A DNA stretch of 64,000 nucleotides, taken from assembly GCA_963770835.1 (NCBI GenBank), contig CAVYRH010000003.1, positions 160,001 to 224,000 of the forward strand, read 5' to 3'. Position numbers and translations under genes: made by a program. Below the pieces are notes generated by a model. That model did no database searches. It had not been told where the DNA came from and saw only the letters and a program-made list of their open reading frames with translations. Source of the DNA: an uncultured Pseudomonadota bacterium. GTDB taxonomy: Bacteria > Oederibacteriota > Muellerivitia > Muellerivitales > Muellerivitaceae. Of the stretch, positions 11,601-22,365 are shown piece after piece (the stretch's first letter is position 1; each line of letters opens with the position of its first letter).

Positions 11601-11808
11601 CCAGCCGCCCGTCCTGATGCAGGGTGTGAAGGGGGAAATTTCCATCGTGGTGGACCCCTCCCGGCAATTCCAAGTGGTGCCGGTGGATGATTCGGGGAAA
11701 GAGGGGAGCCCCCTGAAGACCGCCATCGAACACGGCGGGTTAAAATTCAAAATTTCACCGACCGACCATACTTCTTATTACCTGGTGACCGGGAGCTCAA
11801 AGGACTAA
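8698..11808 (+). CDS. Secreted glycoside hydrolase (clan GH-A, GH5-like) with two tandem N-terminal carbohydrate-binding modules
   Basis: Signal peptide; duplicated SGW.KTENV..G..DWE.AR...LGNCTGKAW module; VRFWG, GVNIIRFH, EIVNE acid/base and IVTEWN nucleophile motifs. Confidence 0.75.
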   Translation: MKNLRLLLMATFILAVVNHPAAFAEPMLNWAVNGDFKGSGGWTGGLTTEPGRDSQPAASLENTKPTWTECDQKINLPQPAPPVVEVSGWLKTENVVKGANDWEVARITVVFYDAQGNRLGDWPAPIAQIQGTHDWDFYSNQYNVPKGTAWATLGISLGNCTGKAWFSDLRFLVYDYDLKPLAQGQPTHPDRKPVVSQKTENWLLNPDLETPGDMAWSQARIAGPGHQSLHCLAFQNDQPSWNLSGQNVSFQDKAPAFVIYSGWVKTENVTVGQHDWEAARLGIDFRDANNKQVGGWQDSVCKVTSTTDWTYYEKKYNVPTGAAQAYVDCGLGNCTGKAWVDDLSLKLLDAQGNPIPTVIQSQQVSDTSDWYAYQPPDKFSDTALDLSFLNDKPAGTHGFVSAQGGHFTFADGARVRFWGTDLVGPNNFPSHNQADALAERLAKLGVNIIRFHMPECSWSDNNFFDPHADNTLTLKPEQVDKFDYLVAVLKKNGIYFYPDWLVDRKFRSGDGVAAYQELEPGAKGVIHFDPKIMELTKKYAEELIGHVNPYTGMALKDDPAYVGNEIVNESSIFCGFGDQKMPDPYWDELQKLYSAWGGQGKITRFKFDWDTQKLLPTQNPENADASLKFLLYEVTKTDGEMKAFQRKLSPHALLTGTNMGLPVLGNIKSDATLDFMDSHAYWDHPQIWNIVGGWINVSHAPMNNNSQLTSPFQGSLIFGLCQDAVEGKPLIVTEWNDCFPNEYRIEGPVLMAAYGSLQDWDGMLQFDHGLDLPGTVKMTNFDIDNRVDDQPLYQAGALMFRLGYLKAASVTVVESISDKAVLDNGMKSEWISDHPWLPYVAKVEKRFTGKKEGEPPDITGIEKLHSEAEKEVDSSTGEETLDYGKGTLKIDSPMAQGLVGAIGNGQVLGTTGLWMQLAKRNPWAAVLAVSLDQKPLDKSGRFMVFAVARAENSGQVFNATRTALKDPGQPPVLMQGVKGEISIVVDPSRQFQVVPVDDSGKEGSPLKTAIEHGGLKFKISPTDHTSYYLVTGSSKD

Positions 11809-12100
11809 AAAAATCGCCTTGTAGTTCTACGGATGGCAAATTCCCCGCCTTTTCCTCCGGAACAAAGCGGGGAGCCTCTGGTTTGTCCGGGTGCCGGGAA
11901 TTGGCCAAGTAAAAAGGCTGAACAGATTTTAGATTTTCTGACGGTTTACCGGTCCTTTCCCCCCTCCTTGGTTTACCGTTGAAGCGACTATCCCCCTTTA
12001 ATTTCATACCTTTTCATAGTTGGCTTCAAAAATGCATTTTAGAATTCCGCTTTGCCATTCGGTGCGGTTTTATCTACTAGGTCAAAATTCGGGGGTCGAT

Positions 12101-13717
12101 ATGAATTCAAGAACGATTTGGTCTGCGGCGTTAGGGTTGATCCTAGCTGGTGGCACCATGGTCGGATGTATCAGGCCTGTGGGAACACCGACGGTGCCCA
12201 TCCCTCCGGCCACCAATACCCCGACCACGGTCCCCGCCGGCCCCTGTACCAATGCCTACGGCTTAACCTGCACCTACACCCCGAACCTGACGGTGAGCCC
12301 ATCATCCACCTCCACCCGGACTCCCACCCCGGTTCCCTCCGCTACCGCCCCGCTTTCCGCGACGAGTACGTTCGTGCCGCCCACGGCCAGCTTCACCCCG
12401 TCCCCCACCGTGACCCATACGCCTGTCCCCCCCACGGCATCAGCCACCGCATCCTCCTCCGCCACGGCTACGGCCGATCCGTCGGTCCCGCCGACTTCCA
12501 CCCCGACTGCGACCGCCACCCGGACCATCGTTTCCACTTCCACGGTCACCTTCGTGCCGACGGCCACTTACACCCCGGTTTCCGGATGCGTCACGATGGG
12601 GACCCACGACCCTTCGCCGGTGATAACGATCGCGGTTGAACCGAATTATTACCTGGCCCGGGCCTATCCTGCCGGAACCATCTGCGGGACGGGCTTCAAT
12701 AATTTCCAAGCCTTCGTCGGGAACTTTGACTCGATTCCCGATAACCTGGAAGTGTCGGTTTATGACAACGGCACCCGGGTGGCGGACACCGTGCTGACGA
12801 TTCCCGCCTCGAGCCAAGGCTGGGTCTCGGCGCCCCTTCCCGCCTTTACCATCCCCTGTGGGGACCAGGTGGTACTGGTGGCCCATAGCCAGGGGCCGAC
12901 AATTTTCCTAGGGGCCGCCTATGGAACGGCAAATTGTGACAGCGAAGTGAAACCCCTGTCCGGTACTATGCCCTCCAGTTATCCCGATCCGGCCTTTCTC
13001 ACCTCGGGTGGTTCCTCCGGCTGGTGCTATGAGATGAGCCTGGATTCCTGCGCGTCGGGAACACCCGCCACCCCGACCCCCACTGGGACGGCAACTGCGG
13101 TTCCCTCTGCCACGCCCACGACCACCCCGCACATGACGCCCACGATCTCCGTCCCTGGCAGCGGCATTTTTTGGGGTCCGGCGGAAATTGGTTCTTTTCC
13201 AGGCGTCACAGGGTGGCTTTCCTTAGCCGTTAACGGAAGCCCGGAGTCGACAGCGGGAGTCACCCTGACCACCCCCTCTGGCAACGTGCCTTTTACTTAT
13301 TCCGGCGTCAATGGTTCCATGGCGGCCTACTCTCCCGCCTCTTCCTTCACCTATATACCCGGCGGCACCTATACCATGACGACGGTCACTTCTATAGGAA
13401 CCGCTACGGCCTCGTTGGTGGCCCCCGGGCCTGTTTCCATCGCTCCGGACGGATCCCAGGCCTCGTGGACCTACGAGGGGAATGAGGATTACGTCACGGT
13501 CCAGGAACTGTTTTCACCCTATAACTTCACGCTTCAGACCTACAACCTGACGTCGGATGTGGATTCGCCCTATTCCATACCCGCTTCGGCCTACCCCGCT
13601 TCGGGCAATTATTCCGTTTTTCCCGTGGCCCAAAGCTCGACTTATAACGTGACGAATGCTGCTGCGGGCTCGCGATTCACGGTCACCTGTTGGAATTCCC
13701 TCGACGTTATGAAATAA
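12101..13717 (+). CDS. Putative lipoprotein with Thr/Pro-rich linkers
   Basis: Hydrophobic leader ending MVGC; long T/P/S stretches between globular parts. Confidence 0.7.
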   Translation: MNSRTIWSAALGLILAGGTMVGCIRPVGTPTVPIPPATNTPTTVPAGPCTNAYGLTCTYTPNLTVSPSSTSTRTPTPVPSATAPLSATSTFVPPTASFTPSPTVTHTPVPPTASATASSSATATADPSVPPTSTPTATATRTIVSTSTVTFVPTATYTPVSGCVTMGTHDPSPVITIAVEPNYYLARAYPAGTICGTGFNNFQAFVGNFDSIPDNLEVSVYDNGTRVADTVLTIPASSQGWVSAPLPAFTIPCGDQVVLVAHSQGPTIFLGAAYGTANCDSEVKPLSGTMPSSYPDPAFLTSGGSSGWCYEMSLDSCASGTPATPTPTGTATAVPSATPTTTPHMTPTISVPGSGIFWGPAEIGSFPGVTGWLSLAVNGSPESTAGVTLTTPSGNVPFTYSGVNGSMAAYSPASSFTYIPGGTYTMTTVTSIGTATASLVAPGPVSIAPDGSQASWTYEGNEDYVTVQELFSPYNFTLQTYNLTSDVDSPYSIPASAYPASGNYSVFPVAQSSTYNVTNAAAGSRFTVTCWNSLDVMK

Positions 13718-13733
13718 AATTCTGGTGATAGAG

Positions 13734-13764
13734 GCCGCCCTTTCCATGAAAGGGCGGCTTTTTT
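13734..13764 (+). terminator. Intrinsic terminator
   Basis: gccgccctttc cat gaaagggcggc followed by T6. Confidence 0.85.
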
Positions 13765-13859
13765 GTTTTTGGGCAAGAAGGTGGAATGGGCGGGACATCG
13801 AGGGCCCAGACCGGCAAGGACAAGTCGATTTTTTGCCTGATTTTAAAGATAATCATCCG

Positions 13860-14528
13860 ATGCCAAACTTATCCGCCGATAAAGTTTTTCTCAAAACTAA
13901 CGAAATCTACCTGAGCCTCCAGGGCGAATCCACCTGGGCAGGGCTGCCCTGCGTCTTCGTGCGCCTGACCGGCTGTTCCCTCCGCTGTTCCTGGTGTGAT
14001 ACGGCCTATGCCTTCTATCAGGGAAAAGACGAAGGTTTGGAGGAAGTGCTGAAGAAGGTGGATTCTTTCGGCGTAAAGCTGGTGGAGATCACCGGTGGGG
14101 AACCGCTGGAGCAGGAAGGGGTTTACCCGTTGATGGAAGCCCTCCTTCAAAAGGGCTACAAGGTTCTCCTGGAAACCAGCGGGGCGGTGGACCTGGGCCG
14201 GGTCCCCCGGGCCGTGGTGAAGATCATGGATGTCAAATGTCCAGGATCCGGGGAAGATGCCCGGAACCTGTGGAGTAATTTGGATAAGCTGGTCCCGGGA
14301 CTGGACGAGATCAAGTTTGTCATCCAGGACAGGGCGGATTACGATTACGCCAAGGAAGTCTTGGACCGGCACCGATTACCGGGGATGTACACTCTGCTGT
14401 TTTCTGCTTCCCATGAGACTTTAGAACCCGCCCGCCTGGCCGAATGGATCACGGCGGACCGCCTTCCGGTGAGGATGCAGCTTCAGATGCACAAGTACAT
14501 TTGGCCAAACGAAACAAAAGGCCGATAA
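13860..14528 (+). CDS. queE: 7-carboxy-7-deazaguanine synthase (radical SAM)
   Basis: EIYLSLQGE, FVRLTGCSLRCSWCDT, ITGGEP, LQMHKYIW; next to queC. Confidence 0.92.
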   Translation: MPNLSADKVFLKTNEIYLSLQGESTWAGLPCVFVRLTGCSLRCSWCDTAYAFYQGKDEGLEEVLKKVDSFGVKLVEITGGEPLEQEGVYPLMEALLQKGYKVLLETSGAVDLGRVPRAVVKIMDVKCPGSGEDARNLWSNLDKLVPGLDEIKFVIQDRADYDYAKEVLDRHRLPGMYTLLFSASHETLEPARLAEWITADRLPVRMQLQMHKYIWPNETKGR

Positions 14529-14530
14529 GC

Positions 14531-14627
14531 AGTCGACAGTCGGCAGGTGACAGTCGACGGTTACTCCCTCAATTTGTTATCCGTGGTTTTGCTGTCGACC
14601 GTCGACTGTGAACTGTTAACTAGTGAC
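14531..14627. repeat. Inverted pair of heptamer tandem arrays
   Basis: agtcgac agtcggc aggtgac agtcgac ... gtcgacc gtcgact gtgaact gttaact. Confidence 0.8.
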
Positions 14628-14655
14628 GAATTGGTGAATTGGGGAGAAACGGTAA

Positions 14656-15342
14656 ATGAAACGTCGCAAAGCCATTGTCCTAGTGTCGGGAGGTTTAGAT
14701 TCGACCACTTGTTTGGCCATCGCTAAGAAACAAGGTTATGAACTTTACGCCCTGACCCTTTTTTACGGCCAACGGCACAAGGTGGAGCTCCAAGCCGCCC
14801 GGAAAGTGGCCAAGGTTTACGGGGTCAAAAAACACCTGGAATTGGAAGTGCCCCTTACCGCCATCGGAGGATCGGCCCTCACCGATAAAAAGATTAAAGT
14901 TCCAAAACAAAGAAGCCTTAAAGAGATGGAGAAGGGAATTCCCCCCACCTATGTCCCGGCCCGCAATACGGTTTTTCTTTCGCTAGCTTTGGCCTGGGCG
15001 GAAGTCCTAGGGGCGGAAAACATCTTTATTGGGGTGAACGCCCTGGACTACAGCGGCTATCCCGACTGCCGGCCGGAGTTCATCCGGGCTTACGAACGCC
15101 TCGCGAAACTGGCCACCCAAAAAGGGGTGGAAGGGAAATGGAAACTCAAAATTCATACACCGCTTATCCGCATGAGCAAAGCCCAAATCATTCGAACGGG
15201 TTTGAAATTGGGCGTGGATTACGGGATGACCTGGTCCTGTTACGACCCAACCCCATCGGGGAAACCCTGCGGCCGGTGCGATTCCTGCCTTCTTCGGGAG
15301 AAAGGATTCAGGGAAGTTGGCTGTGAAAATCAAAACGGTTAA
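14656..15342 (+). CDS. queC: 7-cyano-7-deazaguanine synthase
   Basis: [42 protein letters not shown]. Confidence 0.96.
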   Translation: MKRRKAIVLVSGGLDSTTCLAIAKKQGYELYALTLFYGQRHKVELQAARKVAKVYGVKKHLELEVPLTAIGGSALTDKKIKVPKQRSLKEMEKGIPPTYVPARNTVFLSLALAWAEVLGAENIFIGVNALDYSGYPDCRPEFIRAYERLAKLATQKGVEGKWKLKIHTPLIRMSKAQIIRTGLKLGVDYGMTWSCYDPTPSGKPCGRCDSCLLREKGFREVGCENQNG

Positions 15343-15496
15343 TTAAGGTTAATTATTAGTAAATAATATTTTTTCTTTCGCTTTTTTGGGGTTTTCAGAG
15401 AGTTCTATTTCATCGTAAAAACTAAACGAAGTAGTAGAATTGGGGCCTGTCTTTAAACTTTGTTATTTTGAAACATATCAACTGGAACGGTATTCA

Positions 15497-18400
15497 ATGA
15501 TTCGGAACGCCAAAAAGTCTAGCCCTCTCTTGTTTATGGCCTTTCTTCTTGTTTCCATCGCTTGGGATAATACTTTTGCTTTCTCCTCCAATGAGTCCGC
15601 TTTTCTGGAGTGGGGTCAAAAATACTTCACCGCCGGATATCCCAATGGCCAGAACGCGGATCAGAACACCGTCTATAATCCGGAGGGTGTTTTTTACGAC
15701 GGGGCTCACTTCTTTGTTGCGGACAAATTAAACAACAGGGTTTTGATTTTTAACTCTATTCCGTCGGGAACGGATGCAAACGCGGATGTGGTTATTGGCC
15801 AAACCGATTTTGGCTCGAATTGCGCCAATCAATCCGGCCCTGTTGCCGCGAATACTTTGAACAATCCATCCGGAATCTACAGTAACGGTACGACACTTCT
15901 CGTCGCCGATACCGGGAACAACCGCGTTTTAGTTTTTTACCAAATACCCACTTCCAATAATGCCTCGGCTGACCTCGTCATCGGCCAGCCGGATATGGTG
16001 AGCAATAAATACAACCAGGGAACTTCCCCTCCTGCCGCCAATACACTGGGGGGGCCTTACAATGTTTTTAGTTCCGGCTCGAGCATAGTGATCTCGGATT
16101 GGGCCAACAACCGGATTTTGATCTTCAATAGTTTCCCCACGTCAAACAACGCATTTGCAGATGTCGTGGTCGGACAGTCCGGTTTCGGCGGCTACTTGTC
16201 CAATCAAGGGGGGGGGATTGGGGCTAATACGCTCAATCAACCTTATTACGCCTTTACGGTGGGCAATAAGCTTTTGATTTCCGATTCGGGAAACAGCCGC
16301 GTTCTTATCTTCAACAACGTACCGTCGTCCAACAACGCCTCGGCCGATTTGGTGCTGGGGCAAAGCAGTTTTTCAGGCAACCTGGCCAATGAAGCCGGGA
16401 ATCCCGGCGCCAACACCCTTTATTTTCCGGAAGGCCTATATAGCGATGGAACCAAGCTATTCGTTGCGGATACCTCGAACCAAAGGGTCCTTGTTTTTAA
16501 CAACATTCCATCCGTTACAAATGCTTCCGCGGATCTGGTGATCGGCCAATCCTTCTTTAATAATAATTCCCCGAACCAGGCTGGAAGTCCAGGCGCTAAT
16601 ACTCTCGAAGCCCCCTATGGGATTTGTGGGAATGGAACGTTCGTCGCAATTTCAGATCAGAACAATCAAAGGGTTCTTCTTTATAATAACGAACCTGTTG
16701 CTAACAATACGTTTGCGGATGCGGTGGTAGGACAAATTGGATTCACCCAGACCAGTTTCAACCAGGGGCCGGTAACAACCGCTTCCAATTATCAACAACC
16801 CCAAGGGGCCTATTCGGACGGGACAAGACTTTTTGTTGCGGATTCGGCCAATAACAGAGTTTTAATCTATAACAGAATTCCAACCTCCAGCGGTGTTCCT
16901 GCGGATGTGGTTATCGGCCAACCGGATTTTGTTTCCAACAAAGCCAACCAGGGTAGCGCAGTAGGCCCGAACACACTCAACTTCCCTTATAAGGTTTACA
17001 GCGATGGAAGCCGGCTTTATATCGCAGATACTAATAATAACCGTGTACTTGTTTACAACTCATTCCCCACCACGAACAACGCCTCGGCTGACATGGTGAT
17101 CGGTCAATCCGGCCTGTCAGCCAACTCGCCTAACCAGGGGGGCTCTATTGGACCGAATACCTTGGCCCAACCTTGGGACGTCAAGGGGGATGGTACCCAT
17201 TTGGTCATCACCGACCGTGGGAACGGCCGCATCCTGATTTACAACAGTACTCCCGTCACCAGCAACGCCCCCGCCAACGTGGCGGTGGGAGCGGCCAACC
17301 TCACCAGCGGGGGCGGGGGCTCGGGAGCCAACCGTTTCAGCAATTTGGGAGATGCTTTTAGCGACGGAACCCACCTTTTCGCGGCGGATCAGAATAATAA
17401 CCGGGTTCTTATTTTCAACAGCCTGCCTGTGACCAACAATGCATCGGCGGATGTTGTGGTGGGCCAGGCCAGCTTTACCGGAACCCAAGGTAACCAGGGG
17501 GGCGGCGTTAGTGCCCAAGCCCTTGCCATTCCCGCCGGGGTCTATTCCGATGGGACGAGGCTATTTATCGCCGATGAATACAATAATCGTGTCCTTGTTT
17601 ATTCCAGCATTCCCGTTACCAACAATACTCCGGCGAATTACGTTTTGGGACAACCCAATTTCACTAGCGACAACTATAACGAAGGCGGGTGTTCTGTGGC
17701 CTTCAGCCTTTACCATCCATGGGATGTACAGGCGCAATCGGGCGGTCTTTTTGTGGCGGACCAAAACAACAGCCGGGTTCTTTACTTCCAAGATAACGCG
17801 ACCCCCGTTCCCACATTTACTTTTACCTATACTCCCACCGGGTCGCTTACCTATACTCCCACCTTAACGCCCACCTTTACTCCCACGGCGACTGTAACTT
17901 CGACCCCGTCCAACAGCCCTACTTCCACTCCAACAAACAGTACCACGACGACCTCCACTTGGACTTCGACACCCGTCTTAAGCTTTACTCCCACCAGTTC
18001 CCCTACCCCCTCCATGACACCGGCGCCCACCAACACCCTGGTCCCAGTTGCCTGCTCCTCCGATAATACCTCGGGCCTTGCGTCGTCAGGATCGGTAACC
18101 CTTAATCCCTCAAACGATTTTGTCCCTCTGTGCAATGGGTGGGTGGCCTATGGGGACCGGACGAACAACCAAATCGTCATCATCAACGTCGCGACAGGGG
18201 CCGTGAACCAATATTTCCAACTACCCGGGCCACCCGGCCGGATCGGCTTTGATTCTTCCCATTCCCGCTTGTTTGCCACTGTGGACAACATGAACGTGCT
18301 GGCGAAGGTCGATCTGAACACCGAACAAGCCAGCTTGATCAACATTAACGGGCAGGCCATGTTCTTGGCGATTGGAAACGGAGGATTGGTGTTTGTGGAT

Positions 18401-21400
18401 GAAAATACCACCTCCGGCGGCGCTATCCAGGTAATCGACGGAGGATCGGGAATCGTCGATATGACATACCCCAACAGCTATATCGGCTTTCTAGCTTATG
18501 ACCATGTCCACGATCAATTGTTTCTTGGATCCTATGGGTCTTCGCCCTCCTCCCTCTATAGGTACGGCTTCAACCCCACCAATTTTTCGTTGGTTCTGCA
18601 ACAGGGAAGGGCTTGGGGTACCAACGGAGTGAACCTGACGGTTTCCCCCGATGGGGACCATGTGGCTTTTGTTTGCGCAGGGGGCAATGGTTATGGATAC
18701 AACGTCGTTGATATCAGCACGACGGACATCAATACTTCTTATGGAATTTGGAGTGTTTCAGCAAATGCCGCGGGTTTCAGCCCGGACAGTCGTTACTTGC
18801 TGGCAACGAACGGTTCAAATTTATCGGTGTTTGACGTCCCCACCCATATTCTTTTGCAAAGTTTCAGCATGAATCAATCTGTCGCCAACCAAAGGGCATT
18901 CTTTTCCCCGGGTGGTTCTATACTTTACAACTTTGACACCTATGGAATTTACAATCAGTCTAGCGTCTTAAATTGGCAGTTATTCACCCCTCAGCCCACG
19001 CCCACGCCCGGGATGACCCCGGCTCCGACATCCATCCCTTATGCCTGCAATTTGGATAACACCACGGGATTTCCCTATTCCGGGTCGTTGGCCATCAACA
19101 CCGCCCAGGATTTCATCCCGATGTGCAGCGGTTGGGTGATTATTCCTGACCAGAAGCTCAACCAGGTCTTGATTAAAAACGTAGAGACTGGAACCACTAA
19201 CCGGATTTACCAATTAAACGCCTGCCCGGTCTACGCTGGTTTGGATGCCGCCCAGGGTGTTGTTTACGTTGTTATGAAGGGCTCTAGCTTCCTGGCGAAA
19301 ATCAACCTTCAGGACGACTCTATTCACTATATCTCCCTGGATTGGATTCCCTTCGATTTGGCGGTTGGAAATAATGGCAATGTCTTCGTCATTGGATACA
19401 ATTACCCCGCTTCCCTGGCGGTGGTCAACGGAACGACTGAAACAGTAGGGAGCCTCATCCAGGCGAGCGATAGTGCTTTGATCACCTACGACCAATTCAA
19501 CAACCAACTTTTCCTCAGCGATTACGACTTCGAACCTTCCACTCTTCACCGCTATTCCTTCAACCCGGCCACGGGCCAATTGACCCCGGCCCAATATATC
19601 CAGGGTGGTGGGATGTCCCAGAAGGTGGCCGTTTCGTTGGATGGAAACCACATGGTTTTCGCCCCTTCCGGCGGCAGCATGATCGGAAGTAATTATTATT
19701 TGAACGACTACAATCCGTTGAATTTAAACGTCATCGACGGCAATTGGAATGTCGGCGATTATCCTTATTCCGTCGCTTTCAGCCGGGATTCCCGATTTTT
19801 CATGGAATCGGATGGGAACGGCTTGGTGTTATTTTCTGCTCAAAATTATTCGTTCCAGACGAATTTCTCTCTGAGCACTTCCGGCGATGTCATCAAGACT
19901 GGAATTTCCAACGGTGATGCCATTCTTTACGGTCTCCGTCAAAGTTCAACGGTCAGCGAAATAGACTGGCGTGTCCTACCTTTTTTCACACCTTTTCCAA
20001 CGGCAACTCCCACTTTCACGGCCAGCCAGACTCCGACGAACACAGGGACTTCAACAGCAACATCGACAGCTTCTGGCACGCCTACCTTGACACCGACATT
20101 CACCTCTAGCAATACCGCCACCAATACCTCCACACCGGACCCGACCGATACCCCGACGAACAGTCCCACGAATACCCCGACTAGCACAGCCACCAGCTCG
20201 GCCACAAATACCGCTACAAATTCAGCCACGAATACGGCCACCAACACCTCGACCCCCGACCCCACCGACACACCTACTTCGACGGCCACGAATACCACTA
20301 CCCAAACCGCCACCTATACCCCGACCTTGACGGCAACCTTAACAGCTTCCAACACCTCCACACCCGACCCAACCGATACCCCGACCAACACTCCCACAAA
20401 TTCGGCTACGAACACAGCCACCCTGACCGCCACCAACACTTCGACCCCCGACCCCACCGACACTTCAACCTCGACGGCCACTTCGACCGCCTCGAATACC
20501 TCGACCCCTGATCCTACGGACACTCCAACCAATACACCGACCAACACAGCGACGAGCACCCCGACCTTGACGGCCACCTACACTCCCACCAACTCCGCCA
20601 CCAACACCCCAACCAATTCGGCCACGAACACCGCCACGCTGACGGCCACACAGACTCCCACGAATTCAGCGACCCTGACGCCCACCTCCACGCCCACGGC
20701 CACTTTGACCTTCTCCAACACGCCAACCTCCACCCCGACCAAGACCACCACCGCCACGCCCACCTTGACTCCCACTTCCACTCCCACCAAAACCGCCACG
20801 GCCACGGCGACCGGGACGCCCACGATTACGCCGACGCCGACAAAGACCGAATTCACCCACGAATACCGCGACGCTGACGGCCACCTATAGTCCGACACAA
20901 ACCGCGACCAACTCGGCAACGAATACGCTCACCAACACACCGACCTTGACCACCACCAATACGCCCACGAATACGACGACGGCAACGCCGTCCAGTACTC
21001 CTTCCGCCACGCCGACATTCACCCCGACCAAGACCGCTACTCCCAGCTTGACGCCCACTTCCACGCCCACCAAAACCGCCACCGCCACGGTGACTGGAAC
21101 GGCGACCATGACGTCGACATCGTCCAAAACTGCGACGTCCGGTTCAACGGTCACCAAGACCCCCACGGCCACAGTGACCCCGACGTTCACCAAGACCCTG
21201 ACGCCCACTTCCATGCCCACCCGGACCTCCACGGCCACCGTGACCCGGACCTTGACGTCGACGGCCACGCGCACCCCAACTCCCGCGGCCACCTCCACGC
21301 CCACGGCGGCCGCCACCTGCGGCATCAGTGCCTTGAGCCTGCAACTTAAGGAATTCACCACTTGCGCGGCCAACCAGGGCTCGGAAACCCTCGAGGTCGT

Positions 21401-22196
21401 CAATACCGGAACCTCGGCGGTTAACCTGAACCAGATCAGCATCAAGTTCTGGGTGGACGACACCACCGGCCAATCATTGGTGGGGGTGGTTAATTACGGC
21501 GGCAACTTCGGGCCTACCAACCAGGCCGTGAACGGCGTAGCCATTAATACATTCAACTTCTCGCCCGCCTGCGGGCCGGACGGGAGCCACCAGGCGAATT
21601 GGGAAGTCACGGTCTCCGACACCGATACGCGCACCCTTGCCGCCGGGACCACCTGGACGGGCATCCAGGCGCAGGTCCACATGGCCAACTACGGGAATTT
21701 CTCGAATGATTCCATCTGGTACAGCCCCTGCGGGATCGGTGGCGGAAGCACCTATACCAACGACCTGCATTACGCGGTCTATTACCAGGGGAACCTGGTG
21801 ACGGCCTCCGGCGGGGCGCCGCCGTCCTGCCGTCCCTTGCCCACTTGCACGCCCCATACGGGCGGTTCCGTGGCGGCCCAAGTGGTCGAGGCCCCCTCCC
21901 GGAAAACCGAATGGTCGGCGCTGGCCGTCCCGAACATTTCCCAGTTTGGCGAACCGGTCAAGTTTATGGTGAATTTGCAGGGACCCGCGCGAATCCAGCT
22001 GGAGGTTTACAGCTTGGCGGGTGAACTGGTTTACCAGGCTTCGTCGGTGGGAAGCGCCGGGGAGAATGCGATTCCATGGCAGCTTGAGAATTCCGCGGGC
22101 AGCCAGCTTGCCAGCGGCCTCTATATTTACCGGGTGGTGATCGATGACGGGACAACCACCCAGGCCCAAATCGGTAAAATCGCCGTCATCCGCTGA
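15497..22196 (+). CDS. Giant secreted protein: NHL-like repeats, two further beta-propeller modules, Thr/Pro linker, CBM3-like domain, C-terminal FlgD-Ig/T9SS-CTD-like domain; one frameshift at ~20848
   Basis: About 12 repeats of SDG..LFVAD..NNRVLI.N..P....ADVVIGQ; the T/P pattern continues across the frameshift into ORF 20946-22196, which ends [10 protein letters not shown]...GKIAVIR. Confidence 0.8.
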
Positions 22197-22365
22197 CGTC
22201 CGAAGTTTGACGATCCTCGGGGGTTATTTATAAAAGCGCCTTTCTACCAAAGGGCGTATTTCCATTATTTTTCCAGCCTTTACACCCCCTCCCCCACAAC
22301 GTCCGAATCTTCGGGCCCAAGATCAAACGTTCAAGGGTAAAATATCTATTCTCTAACAAACCGTT

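Noticed and set aside
11820..11910. Possible c-di-GMP-I riboswitch (GGCAAA...GCCTCTGG) upstream of the lipoprotein
   Set aside because: Lacks the GAAA tetraloop stem and the GACGCAAAGC junction; cannot be supported by eye.
13770..14655. preQ1 riboswitch near queE/queC
   Set aside because: No recognisable preQ1 aptamer; the intergenic structure is explained by heptamer repeats.
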